Source: Sanchytrium tribonematis
Taxonomy: Eukaryota
DNA length: 20,000 bases
Reading direction: 5' to 3'
Assembly (NCBI GenBank): GCA_018985235.1
Contig: JADGIG010000003.1
Coordinates: 57,008-77,007, forward strand
A model generated the notes under the pieces. It was not told where the DNA came from. It saw only the letters and a list, made by a program, of their open reading frames with translations, and made no database searches. Below, one piece after another: positions 8,165 through 17,562 of the stretch. The translations under genes and the position numbers were made by a program. The first letter of the stretch is position 1. Each line of letters opens with the position of its first letter.

Positions 8165-9011
8165 TTATAAACCTTTCACGTTCATTAGAAAATTGGATCC
8201 TTGACCAGTTGGGAGAAATGTCACATCGCCGCTCTTACTTAAAGTCTCTGCTATAGATCTACTTGTATCAATTTTTCTCAATTGTACCAAGCCCTCGCCT
8301 GATTTTTCCAAAGCCAAACTGATGAGCTTAGCAGCCTCAGCTTCGCCCTCAGCTCTTACAATGTTTGCCAATTTTTCTTGCTCTGCTTTTTCAACAATAA
8401 ATTTTGCCCTTTCTGCTTCTACGTAAATAATGAGTACCTTGTTGAGCAATTTGCTTCTGCTCTACTGCTTCAGTAAACTCTTTTCCAAATACCATGTGTG
8501 TAATAGATACATCTTCTAGAATGATGGAAAATTCTCTAGCTCTATCTACAAGTTGTGCTCGAATAGCTTCAGAAACTTCCTCCCGCTGAGTTATTAATTG
8601 AGAAGCGTCATATTGAGCAACAACAGATTTAAGCACTTCATTACCAATAGAAGGAAGAACCCTTTCGTTATAATCAGTTCCTAGGGTCTGGTAAATTACT
8701 GAAAGTTTGCTAATTTCAGGTCGATGTAAAACTCGTAATGAAACACTGACATTTTGCAAATCTCTGCTACCTGTGACAGTGGAAATCATTCTGGGTTGTA
8801 TTTTCGCATCAAAAAGTACCACTTTTTGTAAAAACGGAACTAAGAAGTGAGTGCCTTCTTCAGATATTGTTGGTAACACTCCCCTTAGTCTATCGAATGT
8901 GACTGCTCTATAGCCACCCGGAACATCAAATATACTTGATTGTATAGCACTGGCTGTAATACCTAACGTGATTGCAAACTTTCCGAAACGATCGAGCAAT
9001 TTCGCGTTCAT
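8165..9011 (-). CDS. PHB1: Prohibitin 1; two exons (9011-8438, 8418-8165), 275 aa
   Basis: IFDVPGGYRAVTFDR, TGSRDLQNV, DYNERVLPSIGNEVLKSVVAQYDASQLITQRE. Splicing restores the conserved KQIAQQ-E-AERAKF. Confidence 0.97.
8419..8437 (-). other. 19-nt spliceosomal intron GTACTCATTATTTACGTAG
   Basis: CAA CAA G|intron|AA GCA GAA AGG gives QQEAER, the prohibitin consensus with no residue missing or added. Confidence 0.95.
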
Positions 9012-9049
9012 CTCCAATGTTTCGCACAATTGTCGCAATTTAGGAAAAA

Positions 9050-9427
9050 TTATTTTATTTTAAGCCATCTCGGATTCAACTTTTTAGCTGTCTTGCCGTT
9101 ACATCTTCTGCGTCCTCCATTTACCGGAAGACCATATTTAAATTTCAAGCCCCGAATTGTATTCATTTGAACCTCTTTAATAATGTTGCTTTGTACATTT
9201 CTTTTCAAATCACCTTCTAGTGTTAAATTTGATAAATGATTCGAAATTTTCTGGACCTCGCTTTCTTCCAAAGAACCAATAGTGAGCTTAGGAGCGATGG
9301 TCAAAGCAGCGCAAATCTCTTTACCTTTAGCTTGCCCAATTCCATATATACGACTGAGCCCATAATAAACAAAATCTGTTTTGGGTATGGTTACGCCTAA
9401 TAGTCTAATGGTAGCGTTTGTTGCCAT
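9050..9427 (-). CDS. SWS2: Mitochondrial ribosomal protein uS13m (Sws2-like)
   Basis: IRLLG, GLSRIYGIGQAKGKEIC, LEGDLKR, RGLKFKYGLPVNGGRRRCNGKTAKKLN (S13 family). First ATG at 9427. Confidence 0.9.
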   Translation of the reverse strand: MATNATIRLLGVTIPKTDFVYYGLSRIYGIGQAKGKEICAALTIAPKLTIGSLEESEVQKISNHLSNLTLEGDLKRNVQSNIIKEVQMNTIRGLKFKYGLPVNGGRRRCNGKTAKKLNPRWLKIK

Positions 9428-9447
9428 TAATTTTTGTATCACCCTTT

Positions 9448-10758
9448 ATGAAACTATACAGTCAAATCATACTCATTTTTTTCTTGGCAACTTTTATTGT
9501 CAACAAGACGTGGTTTGTTCCCGACGAGCATTTTCAAAGCATCCAATTGGCATACACAAGAGTCTATAGTATTGGAGAGACAGTGTGGGAATTCGATGAC
9601 GCGATTCGATCTGGGCTATTTTACGGCCTATATGAGTATTATTTAAGAGTCTTACAATATTTACACATAGACACTACATTTATGATAAACGAATTCCCAA
9701 GAGTAATAACTTTTAGTTTAATGATTTATGTACAAGAAAAACGAATAAAACATAACCCACTTATATTATTTCATTGGATGCATTTATTCATGGGCCCCCG
9801 AACTCTAGTCAACACTATGGAATATATTATTTACACAGGCTCTATAAATTCCAAATGGTTTTATCCACTAATGAGCCTTGGTTGTATAATACGCCCTACT
9901 TTGGGAATATTTTACTTCCCTATTTTTTTAAATCAAGTCCGTGAAGATCTGAAGTGTGTTTTCAATTGGATTTTTTGGGGAACTGCATCCTTCGGATTTT
10001 CAATTTTAATCGATACTTACTATTATCAGCGATGGACCAGTTCGATTTGGAATTTTTTTAATTTCAATGTGGTGCACAATTTTTCAGAATTTTATGGAAC
10101 TCATAACGGATTATGGTATATAACATCAGCGCTACCCACCCTTTTAGGTGGCTGCATCATATATTTCATTGTAGGTTTATTTAAAGTATCCAGAAAGGAT
10201 ATTTTTTATATTTCCATTCCGTTGCTAATATTTAGCTTAATGAAGCATAAAGAGTTTCGTTTCCTATATCCTCACATGGACAAATATCTTGACATTGCGC
10301 TTGTGGGGTACAATGCTTTACCAAACAAGCATTTGAAAATTGTCTCTCAAATTGTTAATATTTTTTTAATTCTGTTATTTTGCTTTGTGCACCAAAGTGG
10401 AATTTATGCAGCATTTGACATTCTCAAGTTTGAAAATATTAGCACGCTGATGATTTTTGCACCTTGTTATTCATTTCCAGGTCAATCTTATCTTCATTCA
10501 AATATTAGCATCATACCACTCCGCTGTGATCCACCACACATGTCCCTTGTATTGCCACAGCAAGAAGATTATTACAGTGATCCAGCCAGCAAAACAAAAA
10601 TGTTTTTAGAGCAACACAAGCCAAGTCATGTTTTAAAGTTTTCGAATTTAAAATTGGATTTACAAGATTTCTCCTTAAAGTATTCGATTTTTAACAGCTA
10701 TTTTCATGATGATAGCAGAAGGCTTGGTGATGTGGAAATTTGGGTAAGAAAGGACTAA
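9448..10758 (+). CDS. GPI10: GPI mannosyltransferase 3 (PIG-B/Gpi10, GT22)
   Basis: FVPDEHFQS, WEF..AIRS, PRTLVNTME, IIRPT, FYGTHNGLWY, HKEFRFLYP, PCYSFP.QS.LH; multi-TM. First ATG at 9448. Confidence 0.92.
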   Translation: MKLYSQIILIFFLATFIVNKTWFVPDEHFQSIQLAYTRVYSIGETVWEFDDAIRSGLFYGLYEYYLRVLQYLHIDTTFMINEFPRVITFSLMIYVQEKRIKHNPLILFHWMHLFMGPRTLVNTMEYIIYTGSINSKWFYPLMSLGCIIRPTLGIFYFPIFLNQVREDLKCVFNWIFWGTASFGFSILIDTYYYQRWTSSIWNFFNFNVVHNFSEFYGTHNGLWYITSALPTLLGGCIIYFIVGLFKVSRKDIFYISIPLLIFSLMKHKEFRFLYPHMDKYLDIALVGYNALPNKHLKIVSQIVNIFLILLFCFVHQSGIYAAFDILKFENISTLMIFAPCYSFPGQSYLHSNISIIPLRCDPPHMSLVLPQQEDYYSDPASKTKMFLEQHKPSHVLKFSNLKLDLQDFSLKYSIFNSYFHDDSRRLGDVEIWVRKD

Positions 10759-10760
10759 AT

Positions 10761-11699
10761 CTAAACATCTTTATTATAAATAAGCTCATAGGCTTTACCG
10801 TAAGTAATTTTATCCTGTAAGAATTGATTGTAAATCAATTGATTACTACGGGATGTGGCATACATTGGCAAGGACAATTTATCTGCAATAAACATCTGAA
10901 CATTTTCTGCATAAATAACTGGATCCCTTTTTTCCAGATCATTAGGGTAATAAAGCGGATATAATGTAACTTTGCAGGAATGAGAAAATTCGCACAGCAT
11001 TCGGAACAGCCAGTATGAGAAATTTATACTTTCAAAAGCGGGTGAAAAGTTTTTGTATTGATACTCAAAAGTCATTGGTAAAACAGCAATTCCTGGAACA
11101 AACGCACCCGTTTTAAAAGAAATTACATAATAGCCATTTGTTGTTGTAGCTTCAGGAAATACAGCTATATTTGGTCCAGGAAAATCGAGACATTTAGAAA
11201 GTAATTTTGAAACCCCATTTTGTTCTTTGGCAATGAAAATGCACTGCAATTTTTTGGCAATTCTCCCAAAGAAAGGAATTTTTTGCAAGTCTGAGCGGCA
11301 AAGAAACGCGGGCATATCATCACTAGAAACGATCATCAATAAATAATCTATTATGCTGATATGATTTGACACTACAAAACGACTTTGAACCTTGTCTTTT
11401 CGATAGTCTTCGATTTTGATTTTCCAAAAACCAAATATGAATAGTAAAAGCCTTGCACTCAATTTGCATGATTTCGCAAATAGTCTGTAAGTAAACGAGT
11501 TAAATTTCATTGGTAAAAAACTAAGTAAATAAGGCGGCAAAACAGCAAATGGCATCAAAGACATTTTAGGAATGATTCCTAAACTACCCAAGAAGATTTT
11601 ACAACTCTTTAATAAAGATAGTCTTTCATTAGGTCTATAAAATGGTAGAACGTGTAAGGAATTAGCTAGTTCTCTGGAATACTTATTTTGAAATTCCAT
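10761..11699 (-). CDS. Lysophospholipid acyltransferase (LPCAT/LPEAT-like, PlsC family)
   Basis: HX4D motif NHISIID, FPEATTTNG, FKTGAFVPG..VLP. First in-frame ATG at 11699. Confidence 0.9.
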   Translation of the reverse strand: MEFQNKYSRELANSLHVLPFYRPNERLSLLKSCKIFLGSLGIIPKMSLMPFAVLPPYLLSFLPMKFNSFTYRLFAKSCKLSARLLLFIFGFWKIKIEDYRKDKVQSRFVVSNHISIIDYLLMIVSSDDMPAFLCRSDLQKIPFFGRIAKKLQCIFIAKEQNGVSKLLSKCLDFPGPNIAVFPEATTTNGYYVISFKTGAFVPGIAVLPMTFEYQYKNFSPAFESINFSYWLFRMLCEFSHSCKVTLYPLYYPNDLEKRDPVIYAENVQMFIADKLSLPMYATSRSNQLIYNQFLQDKITYGKAYELIYNKDV

Positions 11700-11781
11700 G
11701 GTATATTGTTTTATGTTAGACAAAGGAGAATGGACATTTTCACGATTTTTGTATAGGCGCTCAAATTAAAAGTTTTTTGAT

Positions 11782-14113
11782 TTATTTTAATTGATCTATC
11801 AAAATAGATTGTGCCTCGTTCATGTGTCTCAAAAGCACAATAGCAAAACTACATTAAGAACGTAAACCTTGGATCTAAGTTTTCTTTCTTTCGAGAAAAA
11901 GTTTTCAAACAATCTATCAGTTTTTCGCTACTACTCTTTTGTGTGCTAGTGTCCATTTCCTTCACTGGAGAAATTGAGCTATCTGGTCCAAAACTAACTC
12001 TTTTCGAAGACTTTACTATGACGGGTGAATCTGCAACAAATAAGTCAACGTTGTTTGGAGAGAAATTAGAATCCGACGGTTCGACACTTCTTTTCGTCCG
12101 TTTGTGGACTGAAGTATCAGAGTCTATCGATTGACGCTTCGAACTTTTCGATTCTGGGGTGATACTACCTCCAAATTGTCTACAAACGGACTTTGAAAAT
12201 CCGACATCCTTGATGATTGTGTAAATAAAGTTGTACATATCAGGCCTTTCTTTAAGCATTCCAATCAGCTGATTATCATTTTTGTAGTGCTTCAAAACAT
12301 TTTTCAAAATTTCTTCATCAGGATTTAGGAAGGCACAATTAGAAATAAACTTCAGCACAGTATAGCGTTCAGTTGTTTCTAAATTGAGACCAGCGGATAT
12401 AGATCCAGAAAATGCTAAAATAATTCCCAGAGATTCATTCTTATTTCCGTTAATATTTGATAACTTGGTTTGCTCTACTGTTAAGAACGAATTCAAACGG
12501 TCGAAAAATTTAAAAACTTCAGCTCGGAAATTTAGTGCGCCTCTTGGGTGCAAGAAATAATTACAATCATCAGGATTGTCAAAGCAGACAGCGAAATCGT
12601 TCTTTACAAGATAGGAAAAAGACTTTGCTGCAAACCAAGACATGTTTTCAGTAAGTTTTTTCACAATTTGAATCATCTGGCTTTCCCACTTTGCGGGAAT
12701 GACACACTTCTGTCGAATTGAACTCATAAGCTTACACCAAGCTTCGGTTATTGATTTTGAATAAGGCACCTGAGCGTTGGGAATACCACTAGCTTTTTGT
12801 ATCCACAATATTGGGAATGCGGCAATCTCCAAAATGCAATCGTTACTAGAAAAGCTATCAGACATGTCTTTTTGCTCCAAAAACTCCGAAATCCTGATGG
12901 CTAATAGATTCCATACCATCAAACAGTTTGAAATATGGACAGGTGATTGATCTGAGGCAGTATAGATATCTAGTACTCCTGCCAGAGCGGAATAATTGTC
13001 AAGTGCAAATAAATTAGATTGAGCAGCTGTAAAGCAAGCATCAAATAAATTTTTTGCTTCCATAGAAAATCTTTCAAACATCAAACCTGATTTTTGTAGC
13101 AAAATCGTGAAAATGGCAACTACTGGCGTGATGGCCAAGTTCGAGAGCTTCTCTGCTCTATAAATTGCAAAATTTTCTCTATTTTTAGCCGATAATCTAA
13201 ACTTTTGCGAAGCCAAAATTGTTGAGTCCATGCTTATTAAAAACACTTTTAAAAAGACAGTCTTAAAAACTACGTCGTTGACATTGCTCAATTCGGACCC
13301 GACCTTAAGAAATAGATTCTGCACAAGATCAATTATCGTTTGAGAAGGATGAATTAATTTCGAAGTCCTCTCTGATAAGAAATTAGTCATTGCTTGATAT
13401 GCGTCAATATATGATCTAGATATTAATTTGGGATTCACTAAACTATTGATTTCTTCAGGTTTCAGCTCTGGAATACCAGATAGACTTTCAAAAAATATAT
13501 CGCATAGTTGGGGCATTCGCTTCTCCAGAAAATCTGAATTGAATTTAGGAAACCGACAAAGCACACTGGTATTTTCGGTTATTGGATTAAAAATTTCTTT
13601 AATAGTATCTTCTGAATCTTTGACAGTGTTTCCTCTGACTATAGCGGTGATGCAAAATCCTACATGCTTTGGCGAATAATTTAATAAGCTTTTTAAAAAT
13701 GTAATTATCAAAGAATCCCAATGATCTTCTAGTTCATGCACCACAGAGCAAAGCCTTATCCAGGTTGGTATAATCACAGTAACACTTTTTTTGATACCTG
13801 GAATAAAAGGAACTTGGCAAAGTGCAATTTTCTTCTCCGATAGCTGATTTTGCTCCTTTAAAGCCAGAATAAACAGAGACCAAGATTGAAGAGCTAAGCT
13901 AATATTTTCGAATGTTTTGGCGTTAAAGACATTTTGAATTTCCTTTAGCATCTGATTTAATAGTATTTTGTCTGCAAGAATATTTTCCCTTTGCAAATAT
14001 ATTTTAAGACCCCATAATTTGATTTTGTCTTGTAAGTTAGATGGAGCATATTTAACTTCAAACGATTTTCTATAAACATGGTCCCAATTGCACCAAAGTT
14101 CATCTATTGACAT
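11782..14113 (-). CDS. RIF1: Rif1-like replication-timing/telomere protein; two exons (14113-11868, 11848-11782), 770 aa
   Basis: IKLWGL..LLNQMLKEIQNVF...ALQSWSLFI...SEKKIALCQVPF parallels Rif1_N HEAT repeats (LWP..FINSLL....F...AFIAWKSLI...KRLKLLMQPL). Also an SP-rich linker, KRVSF PP1 motif and a helical C-terminal domain completed by splicing. Confidence 0.7.
11849..11867 (-). other. 19-nt spliceosomal intron GTTTACGTTCTTAATGTAG
   Basis: AG|GT donor, CTTAAT branch-like motif, TAG acceptor. Removal gives ...ENLDP-S-FAIVLLRHMNEAQSILIDQLK*, an amphipathic helix filling an otherwise large gap. Confidence 0.8.
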
Positions 14114-14217
14114 CTCAATGGTTGACCCTTGTTTTGCTGCAAGTAAGAAATTGAATTCAATCTCGATACCCTGCTGTTAAATAAAGCTGCTTTGCGAATT
14201 TAGACAATTATAATGAT

Positions 14218-14391
14218 TTATTTCATCAACTTGCTTGGCCCTTGTTTACCACTTTCCCATTTGCTGACTTTAATCAAGTTCTCAAATTTACTTTTATTCT
14301 TCACTTCCTCTTTTAACGCAGATCTAAGGGCATCTGAAGCTGTTGACAAATATTTGAGGTAAGTCCAATTTGCAGCACGAAATGATTGCAT
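14218..14391 (-). CDS. ATP15: Mitochondrial F1 ATP synthase epsilon subunit (57 aa; absent from ORF track)
   Basis: Manual translation MQSFRAANWTYLKYLSTASDALRSALKEEVKNKSKFENLIKVSKWESGKQGPSKLMK* matches the family pattern WR.AG.SY..Y....A.A.R..LK.E...KW.NGK. Confidence 0.92.
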   Translation of the reverse strand: MQSFRAANWTYLKYLSTASDALRSALKEEVKNKSKFENLIKVSKWESGKQGPSKLMK

Positions 14392-14537
14392 CAAAAAATC
14401 CCCTAAAAATAAATAAAATAAGTGGGCAAATATTTGAATGGATATTCTCTCGATAGACCATTTCAGAAAGATGTCACAAAAGCATTCTTAACATTCAAAT
14501 TCGTTAAATTTGAACGGAGGATGTATAAAACAATAAT

Positions 14538-16430
14538 ATGATTGCAATCGGATACGCGTCGCAAACTGGTACCGCTGAACATATATCGAAGCACCTAAAG
14601 CAAGAGCTGGACGCGATGGGTATTAATTGCATGGTGTATCCTCTCGAAGAATATTCAAAAGTGCCCTATAATGAATTACAGCTGCATATCTTTATTGTAA
14701 GTTCCACTGGAGATGGAGATTGTCCCGAACACACACTTCCTTTTTATAAATGGCTTAGAAAGCTTAAAAAGTCCAAGGAGCCTTTGTTGAAAGGACTTAA
14801 ATATTGCATGCTCGGTCTTGGCGATACGAATTACACTAATTTTAATGGAAATGCGAAAAAGACACTGAAATTTTTAAAGGAACTTGAATGCGAGCCAGTT
14901 TTTAGAAACGAAATGGCCGACGATGCTGTTGGACTAGAGAGATTTGTAGACCCTTTTATTGATGAAGTGATACAATTTGTATCTAATAGGGCAGCTGTTA
15001 TAAAACAAAACAATATGCAAAATTTAGTTGAAGAGACCTCACGCTTAAGCACCAGGGATGCTGCAAACAAGTTTGATTTTAATATATCTACAGAAACCTT
15101 TAAACCATCTAGACTACCTAATCATATTACATGGAAAACTAAAGGCACAAGGGATCCTTCAATAGACTTTTTCCACTATAAAAAGACTTTAGTTGATAAA
15201 TCTGACCAAATTTGCGCTTCTACTGAATTGACATTAATCCGTGGGAAATGCATTACTCAAAAAAACTCAATTAAAAAATCGTACCAGATGTCTATCAAAG
15301 CTAATGGTTGCCATTTCAATGCCGGTGACTCAATTACTTTGTTTTTTCCAAATCCGAGCAAAATGGTAGAAGATGTACTTCACATATTTGGATATACTTT
15401 GGCTAACAATCCCGTGATTCTGGATGGTGAATATGATGATATATCATTGCACGATCTTCTTAAATATCGACTAAGTTTCAAATTTCCTTCTAAAAGATTT
15501 CTGAGACTAGTTTCCGAATATTGTAAGGACGATTTCGAAAAGAAAAAATTGATGTATCTGACATCAAAAGAAGGAGCAAGAGAATTTAACTCTTTAAGAG
15601 ATTCTAACTATTCATTGTTTGACGTTCTTTCTGCCTTTCCATCATGTGCCCCACCCATATATGCATTAGGTTTATTGGATATTTTGAAGCCTCGCCACTA
15701 CAGTGTTGTGGAATTCAGGCAAGATCAGGCTGAAATAGATATTGTATTTAATTTGAAAGAATTCAAGGTTGCAGAAAATGTAGGATTTGGGTTGGCTACT
15801 GGATATTTGTACGCATGCATGAATGAAAGTATCGAATTTGAAAAGGTAATTACTTTAAACCAACCAATATTAGGACTTCCTGCACCTACAAGTACATTCA
15901 CGTTAGACCCTCATAATCCAGTCGTATTTATTGGGCCTGGAAGTGGTGTTGCACCTTATTTGCAGTTTATAAAAGATTTAAATTTTGGACAGAAAGCTCT
16001 TTTAATTCAAGGTTGCCGAGGCCCCGAAGATTGGATATTAAAAAAAGATCTATCTGAAATTACTAAAGCTAGAGAAATTCCTTATTTTGTAGCTTATTCA
16101 AGAGTAAGTGCATGTGCTATACAGTCTATCAACGATGGCGTAACACTTGCTGAAAATGATGTGCACAAAGTTGGAGATTTATTGGGATACTCAAAGGCTG
16201 GTGCTTATGTATGGGATGTAATCAATACCTACAAAGAATTGATTTTAGAATACTTTGATGAAGATGCTGTTTTTTACTTATGTGGAGACGCAAACTCTAT
16301 GGTTAAAATGTTCCTCGAGGTCATGAAAATTGTCATTAGCTCCACAAACCATATATCTATGGAGAATGCTTCCAAAATTGTGGAGCAAATGATCAAAAAC
16401 AAACAAATTCGATTGGATGTTTGGGGCTAG
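14538..16430 (+). CDS. MTRR: Methionine synthase reductase (diflavin FMN/FAD/NADPH reductase)
   Basis: YASQTGTAE, SSTGDGDCP, LGLGDTNY; MTRR-type ADDAVGLE..VDP and KRFLR.VSEY..D..EKKKL.YL.SKEGA.EF; DVLSAFPSCAPP, PRHYS, GPGSGVAP, YLCGDA, terminal DVWG. Confidence 0.85.
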   Translation: MIAIGYASQTGTAEHISKHLKQELDAMGINCMVYPLEEYSKVPYNELQLHIFIVSSTGDGDCPEHTLPFYKWLRKLKKSKEPLLKGLKYCMLGLGDTNYTNFNGNAKKTLKFLKELECEPVFRNEMADDAVGLERFVDPFIDEVIQFVSNRAAVIKQNNMQNLVEETSRLSTRDAANKFDFNISTETFKPSRLPNHITWKTKGTRDPSIDFFHYKKTLVDKSDQICASTELTLIRGKCITQKNSIKKSYQMSIKANGCHFNAGDSITLFFPNPSKMVEDVLHIFGYTLANNPVILDGEYDDISLHDLLKYRLSFKFPSKRFLRLVSEYCKDDFEKKKLMYLTSKEGAREFNSLRDSNYSLFDVLSAFPSCAPPIYALGLLDILKPRHYSVVEFRQDQAEIDIVFNLKEFKVAENVGFGLATGYLYACMNESIEFEKVITLNQPILGLPAPTSTFTLDPHNPVVFIGPGSGVAPYLQFIKDLNFGQKALLIQGCRGPEDWILKKDLSEITKAREIPYFVAYSRVSACAIQSINDGVTLAENDVHKVGDLLGYSKAGAYVWDVINTYKELILEYFDEDAVFYLCGDANSMVKMFLEVMKIVISSTNHISMENASKIVEQMIKNKQIRLDVWG

Positions 16431-16453
16431 GTAGGAGAAGCGAAATAAATCAA

Positions 16454-17164
16454 ATGCTTTTTGACTTTGACGACGACATCATTGTTAAGTCTCGCGATAG
16501 ATTTCAAAATTTAGAATATAATTCTAACTTTATCCCAAAATATAAGGCAAAAACAGATTTGAATTCCCTAGACCTCGGAAAAGCAGATGTTAAATTGAAA
16601 ATAAGCAAACTAAATTATTTGTATTTAAGAAAAAACTATGATGAATGCTATAGTCTAGCTTTGAAGATGGTGTTGCAAAATGATGACAAAGAATTGGATT
16701 TTAATACTACGTCAAAACCTACCACCTACAAAAAGGAATTGACTGGTGGAAACAAGAGAACTCTTGTTGACGTACTTATAAGATGCTGGATAAAATCGCA
16801 GCGCAAAAATGAAATTGATGCCATTCAAAAGTGTGTGGAAATTGCTGAAACATCTGCAGCAGAAGATTTTGGATTTTTTTATAGCAAAATTTTATTTACA
16901 TTTTACGTTGACCATTGCAAATGCTACCAATTAATATTAGAGTATTTGAGATTAAGACCTGGAGACATCAAAGCTATTGATATTGTGGTTCAACTTAACA
17001 TACCAAATAAGCTTCGTTCACACCTCATCAAGGAGTTTGCAATTTCAAAAAAATTAGCGGCATTAGAATTTGACTATCCGGAAATATCAGTAACTCCTGA
17101 AGACCAAAGTCTTATTTCTGCAAGATCAAAAGCAGTGACACTAACTTCAGTAAAAGACTTGTAG
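16454..17164 (+). CDS. Helical/TPR-like protein resembling the uncharacterised C8orf76 family
   Basis: N-terminal FDFDDD, K..YLYLRKNYDEC and KRTLVDVLIRC recall C8orf76 (EFEDS; KGDLAYRRQEY; RDVQEGQARC). First ATG at 16454. Gene is confident, family call tentative. Confidence 0.5.
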   Translation: MLFDFDDDIIVKSRDRFQNLEYNSNFIPKYKAKTDLNSLDLGKADVKLKISKLNYLYLRKNYDECYSLALKMVLQNDDKELDFNTTSKPTTYKKELTGGNKRTLVDVLIRCWIKSQRKNEIDAIQKCVEIAETSAAEDFGFFYSKILFTFYVDHCKCYQLILEYLRLRPGDIKAIDIVVQLNIPNKLRSHLIKEFAISKKLAALEFDYPEISVTPEDQSLISARSKAVTLTSVKDL

Positions 17165-17172
17165 AACTAGAA

Positions 17173-17562
17173 TTAGGTCCCATCTATTGCATCACCATCT
17201 TCATCTCCGTAATCAGCGATGTAGTCGTTATCTTCCTCCTCAGTTGGTACATTGTTGTCAGAGATATGATTTTCATTTTCTTCATCGTCTTCATCGTCAG
17301 AAGAGAGTACTGTAGCACCGATTTTCGAAATTGTACCTTTAATCAATTCAGCTGGCATCATATCGTCGATTTCGATCTCTTCAGTATCGTGTAATTCTCT
17401 CATTCTTTTACAAAAATCAATTGCCCAATTCGACACCTCATCCTCTAACACCTCTGGTTCTTCTGGTGTATATTCAGGCCAATTGTTGACACAATCAATT
17501 TGTTCTTGTTGTAGTTTTGTGATGGATGCAAAATTGACAAGTAAATTCGCACTGCGTTTCAT
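17173..17562 (-). CDS. RPC31: Minimal RNA polymerase III subunit C31 (RPC31/POLR3G-like)
   Basis: WPEY.P..P..L.......F.KRMR, MPAEL and acidic tail EEEDNDYIADY match the Rpc31 pattern (FP..P.PL...FR.RM; PxEL; E.DNDY...YF). Confidence 0.65.
   Translation of the reverse strand: MKRSANLLVNFASITKLQQEQIDCVNNWPEYTPEEPEVLEDEVSNWAIDFCKRMRELHDTEEIEIDDMMPAELIKGTISKIGATVLSSDDEDDEENENHISDNNVPTEEEDNDYIADYGDEDGDAIDGT

Noticed and set aside
8391..8449. Programmed frameshift, pseudogene or sequencing error as the cause of the split PHB1 and propeller ORFs
   Set aside because: Precise 19-nt GT-AG removal restores the exact PHB1 consensus, and the same length and internal pattern recur at three loci.
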